From an uncultured bacterium (lineage in GTDB: Bacteria; Verrucomicrobiota; Kiritimatiellia; CAIKKV01; CAITUY01): a DNA stretch of 60,621 nt. Positions 56,886-60,621 of this stretch are shown piece after piece. The notes under the pieces were generated by a model, which made no database searches, was not told the DNA's origin, and was given only the letters and a program-made list of their open reading frames with translations. Position 1 is the stretch's first letter, and every line of letters begins with the position of its first letter. The DNA lies in the NCBI GenBank assembly GCA_903958395.1, contig CAJBSZ010000346.1, positions 1 to 60,621 of the forward strand, read 5' to 3'. The position numbers and the translations under genes were made by a program.

Positions 56886-57021
56886 CTGACACAACAGCCG
56901 CATAAGCTACCTGTCCCCGCCCCCCCGATCAAGAGGTTTATCTCTATGCTCATCGCATAAACTTCTTGCCGGAGACGCCTTGAAAGGCATAATACACGCC
57001 TTTCACCGCCCCTGAAACGGC

Positions 57022-57095
57022 GGGCCCGTAGCTCAGTTGGTCAGAGCGGAGGACTCATAATCCTTTGGTCGCAGGTTCGAGCCCTGCCGGGCCCA
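57022..57095 (+). tRNA. tRNA with CAT anticodon, probably tRNA-Ile2 (elongator Met not excluded)
   Basis: GGGCCCG/CGGGCCC acceptor stem, TAGCTCAG D-arm, CTCATAA loop, GGTTCGA T-loop; CCA not encoded. Confidence 0.92.
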
Positions 57096-57626
57096 CATCA
57101 AAAACCGGCTCTCGGACATTAAAACCCCAATAAACAAGCGTTTTAGTCAATGTTTACGGGGCTGATACGGGAATAGCGTGTCGCAACTTGTCTTCTCCTG
57201 TTCCTAACTATTCTATCTGCGGACGGCTGGCTGACGACAACTATATTTACCCATCGACGACAACTATAATTACCCATTGATAATGTGGTCGATAGACTGC
57301 GGTATTTGTGTAGGAGGCACAGGTATGGCAGTACCCCCCCGCTACGCACCTATTGCCCACTGTCCACCACGTAATCCGCCAAAGTCACCGCCCCGTTGCC
57401 CTCACGTGGCAACGAAACCGGCCATTCGACACTTACCATGGTCATTGTCGCCCGGGCTTTTTTTTTAGGGGGGGGAGGCTGGCAAGAGGGCTCGCTTCAT
57501 TCAGGCCGCCCCTGAATCCGCACCCCCACAACCGGGGTTTGCCTAAGCAAAGACGTTCGCTTCGCCGAGGACTGCTAGCGGCAAGGCAATCCAGCTTAAT
57601 TGGCCGGTAAAGGAGCAGAATAACCC

Positions 57627-57908
57627 TTAAAGTTTACCCGCAGCACGAAGAAGAACTTCGTAATCGTCCCTCTGCAAGGGGCATTCGACCAGCTTCAAGA
57701 ATTGCGCTTTGTTTATCCCGCATTGTTTCGCCATAAGCGATAACAGATTATCCGCCACATCGAATCCGCGACCGTGACTAACTTTCGTAGACGCCATCGT
57801 CTTCTTTCCGTCCAGAGATTCGTAAACAAAATAGGAGTGATCTCCCTCTCGTCGCTTAAATCCTTTTCGCGTCAGTCCTGCCTCGATATCACGCTTTGCC
57901 TTAGGCAC
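57627..57908 (-). CDS. HicA-like toxin (mRNA interferase fold)
   Basis: IEAGLTRKGF..EGDHSYF..TKVSHG..DVADNLLSLMAKQCGI; GTG start after GGAGG, overlapping the upstream stop. Confidence 0.7.
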   Translation of the reverse strand: MPKAKRDIEAGLTRKGFKRREGDHSYFVYESLDGKKTMASTKVSHGRGFDVADNLLSLMAKQCGINKAQFLKLVECPLQRDDYEVLLRAAGKL

Positions 57909-58971
57909 GGGCAACCTCCGTCCAGTCATCTCGCAGTTGCTGCTTCACTTTACGGGCAGGTTCAGAAAGAACTGCATCGTCTTCTTTGGCGTATTCAGCC
58001 CACAGCATCAATAACTGGTTTTTGAACTCTAGCAACAAATCCATTCGTGTTTCAGCGAATACATCAAGACCCCACGGGTTGTGTTCGAGGCAGACAAGTT
58101 GCTGGTCTGGGCTGAGAGTCGGAACAAGTTCCGTACGGTGGTTGGCTTTAAGGGAGAATTGCCGACCTTCCGTCTCAGCCACTACGAGCGGAGAAAGGTC
58201 CAAGCCCCATATTTGCTCAACATCAATGATCTTCCGGGGTTGGTTGTTTCCGTCCAGTACCACTATACCCGTCACTTGAATCAGTCCCCGCCGGCTTTCC
58301 AACAACTGCGCCTCGATGCTTTCGTCGTAAAAACATTCGAGTTCGCGTTGCGTCGGCATATGGAATATCGTCAATTTATGCTCGGCGAAATCAATTTCAT
58401 TCAGCGTTCCTGTCACCGTTTGCATCTGTTCCCGTGTTGCTGGAGGAGTCAACAACGCTTTGATTTCATCACGGAGCCCTGAATCATCCAGTGAGGCTTC
58501 GCCTTCACTTCCAGAAACTACGCAACGATGTCCACTCCCTAAAGTCGGGCTTAACTTTCCGATACAGGCAATCATTCTGTTTCGCAAACTACTGTCGGGA
58601 ATAATGGCACTAGCTTTTGTCGCGTCTCCAAGCGACACGGCGCAACAAAAACCAAGAACAAGCGCAGCAACGGCCGCAGATTGGACAGGCGTAAGCAGAT
58701 CTGTAACAGGGCCACGATCAACGACTCTTCCCCGCACTGAGAAACTTCCCATAACTGGAGGGGCGCATTGCAGGATATACCTATTCTTGATTTCCTCGGG
58801 GAGTCTCAGTCGCTCGCGCAGCGTTCGGCCTTCCGCGTGAAGTGCCGCCAAATAGACCATTTCTTGAAGAGCGGTTAAATTTTGCGAAAGCGTCGCGGCG
58901 GGTATTTCAGATCCACCTTCCGATGGGAATACCGTAAAGACGATCTGGTCTGGAAAAACAGGCGCTGTCAT
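57901..58971 (-). CDS. Hypothetical 356-aa protein with putative OB-fold and HicB-like C-terminus
   Basis: TVTGTLNEIDF..LECFYD..IQVTG (OB-like); C-terminal GLDVFAETRMDLLLEFKNQLLMLW (HicB-like); coupled to the HicA-like gene. Confidence 0.6.
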   Translation of the reverse strand: MTAPVFPDQIVFTVFPSEGGSEIPAATLSQNLTALQEMVYLAALHAEGRTLRERLRLPEEIKNRYILQCAPPVMGSFSVRGRVVDRGPVTDLLTPVQSAAVAALVLGFCCAVSLGDATKASAIIPDSSLRNRMIACIGKLSPTLGSGHRCVVSGSEGEASLDDSGLRDEIKALLTPPATREQMQTVTGTLNEIDFAEHKLTIFHMPTQRELECFYDESIEAQLLESRRGLIQVTGIVVLDGNNQPRKIIDVEQIWGLDLSPLVVAETEGRQFSLKANHRTELVPTLSPDQQLVCLEHNPWGLDVFAETRMDLLLEFKNQLLMLWAEYAKEDDAVLSEPARKVKQQLRDDWTEVARA

Positions 58972-59218
58972 GTGGGGCTTTATTGCACATTACCTGAAAG
59001 CGGGCAACGCTAAACAAAGAATTCTCCGGGACATCCCATGCGCGCCAAGTCAACTCGCCAGATTCCGTCGATATTCCTCCCCGTGCCCGGTGCCAACCAG
59101 CCTCTACGCGGGCAACCAACCGGTGTGGCTAAATATGAAAGTCGTCTTGTGACGCCCGTCGCCAGGGTTGCAGAGTGCAAGGGTGTATCGACCAAGTGAC
59201 GGCTTCGCACGAAGCATA

Positions 59219-60621
59219 TCATAATCGTTTGGCTCTGGGTTTTCTTCCCGTTCCGAGCCAGTCGCCAAAACCCTTCCATCCTTTGTCGGCATAGACTCCA
59301 CTCGGAAAAGCAGGGATATCTTTGGGCAACCGCCCTTTGTGAGGCATCTTACCTTTGCAGTAAGCCAACCATTCTTTAATCCCTTTGAGTTGGAGTTTAT
59401 GTGCGAATATCCGCGCTTTACCGAATGAACGGTATCGTTTGTGCTGGTTTGCAATCCTCCCAGTTCCAAGCCAGTCACCAACGCCTAACCAGCCTTTACC
59501 CCTGTAAACTCTATCAGGCTTTACGGGAATATCTTCAGGAAGTTTTCCCTTCTTAGGCATCTTGCCCTTGCAGAAGGTTATCCACTCATCTTGGTTCTTG
59601 ATTTTTAGTCCTCTGATAAACGCCCGAGCATCACGGAACGCCCGATACTTCCGGAGGCGCGGCGCAATTGTCCCTGTCCCAAGCCAATCCCCCATCCCTT
59701 TCCATCCCTTATCGGCATAGGTATTGTCGGGTTTTGAGGGAATGTCGACAGGGAGTTTCCCTTTCTTAGGCATCTCGCCTCTACAAAACTCACGCCATTC
59801 GCCTTGATTCTTGAGTTTAAGTTTGCGGGCAAACTCGCGGGCTTTGTGAAATTCGAGATACTTAATTGACCTGTATGCAACCCTTCCCGTTCCTAGCCAA
59901 TCGCCCATCCCTTTCCATCCCTTGTCGGCATAGGTCTGATTGGGGCAAGCGGGGATATCAGCGGGCAATCGGCCCTTATACAACATCTGTCCTTTGCAGA
60001 AAGCCCGCCACTCTGACTCAGCTTTGAGATTGAGTTTACGAGCGAATATTCGCGCCTCAGGGAAAGAGCGGTACCTCTTGAGGCGCGATGCTATTCTTTC
60101 CGTCCCGAGCCAATCTCCATAACCTTTCCAGCCTCGATGTGCGTAGGTATTATGCGGACCTTGAGGAATATCAGACGGGCGTGCAACATTATTTTTCAAT
60201 CTACCGTTGCAGAAAGAGAACCATTCTTTTTGTCCTTTAAGTTTGAGATTCCGTGCAAACGCCCGAGCCTCACGGAACGCCCGATACTTCCGGAGGCGCG
60301 GTGCAATTGTCCCTGTCCCAAGCCAGTCGCCGAAACCCTTCCAACCCTTTTGGGCATAAGTTTGGCTGGGAGTTGCGGGAATATCATCGGGGAGTTTCCC
60401 TTTCTTAGGCATCTTGCCTTTGCAGAAAGCTCTCCACTCCGATTCATTCTTGAGATTGAGATTCTGGGCAAAGTGCCTCGCATTTCCGAATGACCTGTAT
60501 TTCCTGAGATGCGCGGCAACTATCCCCGTTCCTAGCCAATCGCCCATCCCTTTCCATCCCTTGTCGGCATAGGTCTGATTGGGGCAAGCGGGGATATCAG
60601 CGGGCAATCGGCCCTTATGCA
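59219..60621 (-). CDS. Basic tandem-repeat protein (71-aa units resembling the 'integrase repeat unit' family); 5' end off the window
   Basis: Frame is open to the window edge (HKGRLPADIP); six full units plus a partial one of YRxFxxARxF..LK...EW..FCKG..P.DIP..P...Y...GWKG.GDWLGT. Confidence 0.85.
   Translation of the reverse strand, partial: HKGRLPADIPACPNQTYADKGWKGMGDWLGTGIVAAHLRKYRSFGNARHFAQNLNLKNESEWRAFCKGKMPKKGKLPDDIPATPSQTYAQKGWKGFGDWLGTGTIAPRLRKYRAFREARAFARNLKLKGQKEWFSFCNGRLKNNVARPSDIPQGPHNTYAHRGWKGYGDWLGTERIASRLKRYRSFPEARIFARKLNLKAESEWRAFCKGQMLYKGRLPADIPACPNQTYADKGWKGMGDWLGTGRVAYRSIKYLEFHKAREFARKLKLKNQGEWREFCRGEMPKKGKLPVDIPSKPDNTYADKGWKGMGDWLGTGTIAPRLRKYRAFRDARAFIRGLKIKNQDEWITFCKGKMPKKGKLPEDIPVKPDRVYRGKGWLGVGDWLGTGRIANQHKRYRSFGKARIFAHKLQLKGIKEWLAYCKGKMPHKGRLPKDIPAFPSGVYADKGWKGFGDWLGTGRKPRAKRL
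59257..60621. repeat. 213-bp coding tandem repeat
   Basis: The GDWL-encoding block recurs at 59257, 59470, 59683, 59896, 60109, 60322 and 60535. Confidence 0.92.

Larger units (their letters stand above)
57096..60621. mobile_element. Probable edge of a tRNA-associated genomic island
   Basis: Follows the tRNA 3' end; visibly lower GC; toxin-antitoxin-like and repeat-protein cargo. No integrase or att duplication is visible in the window. Confidence 0.5.

Noticed and set aside
57143-57610. Short ORFs after the tRNA as integrase remnants
   Set aside because: No recombinase motifs recognisable
59219-60621. Calling the repeat protein an integrase or helicase
   Set aside because: No catalytic domain is visible in the window, only repeats

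Overview
GC-rich bacterial window; gene content and style suggest the PVC superphylum, possibly Kiritimatiellia/Lentisphaeria (inference only). It has three zones. (1) 1-18.8 kb is an accessory locus on the minus strand. It holds two paralogous signal-peptide-bearing RHS/YD proteins; the first (<1..4928) is missing from the ORF track because it runs off the window. That RHS is translationally coupled to a HEAT-repeat gene and a 1847-aa Ca-binding-repeat/DUF2341/LamG/Calx-beta protein. The locus also has membrane-anchored candidate immunity genes and a truncated second copy of the large gene. Both RHS genes carry many small REP-like palindromes and 7/8-mer arrays read in frame, some differing between the paralogs. 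(2) 19-57 kb is core genome: fucP/fucU, gatC, H+-PPase, a sugar porter with a UroD-family gene, a glycogen cluster with an apparently dead GH57, mtnA, a Ser/Thr kinase, frameshifted mutS, rsmA, an FMN-riboswitch-led rib operon, ahpC, rrf2, thyX, recR-ybaB-dnaX, SRP RNA and a tRNA(CAT). (3) 57.1-60.6 kb is the edge of a probable tRNA-linked island, with a HicA-like toxin, an unusually large partner gene and a basic protein of exact 71-aa (213-bp) tandem repeats with hypervariable positions. All calls are by eye, without database searches.
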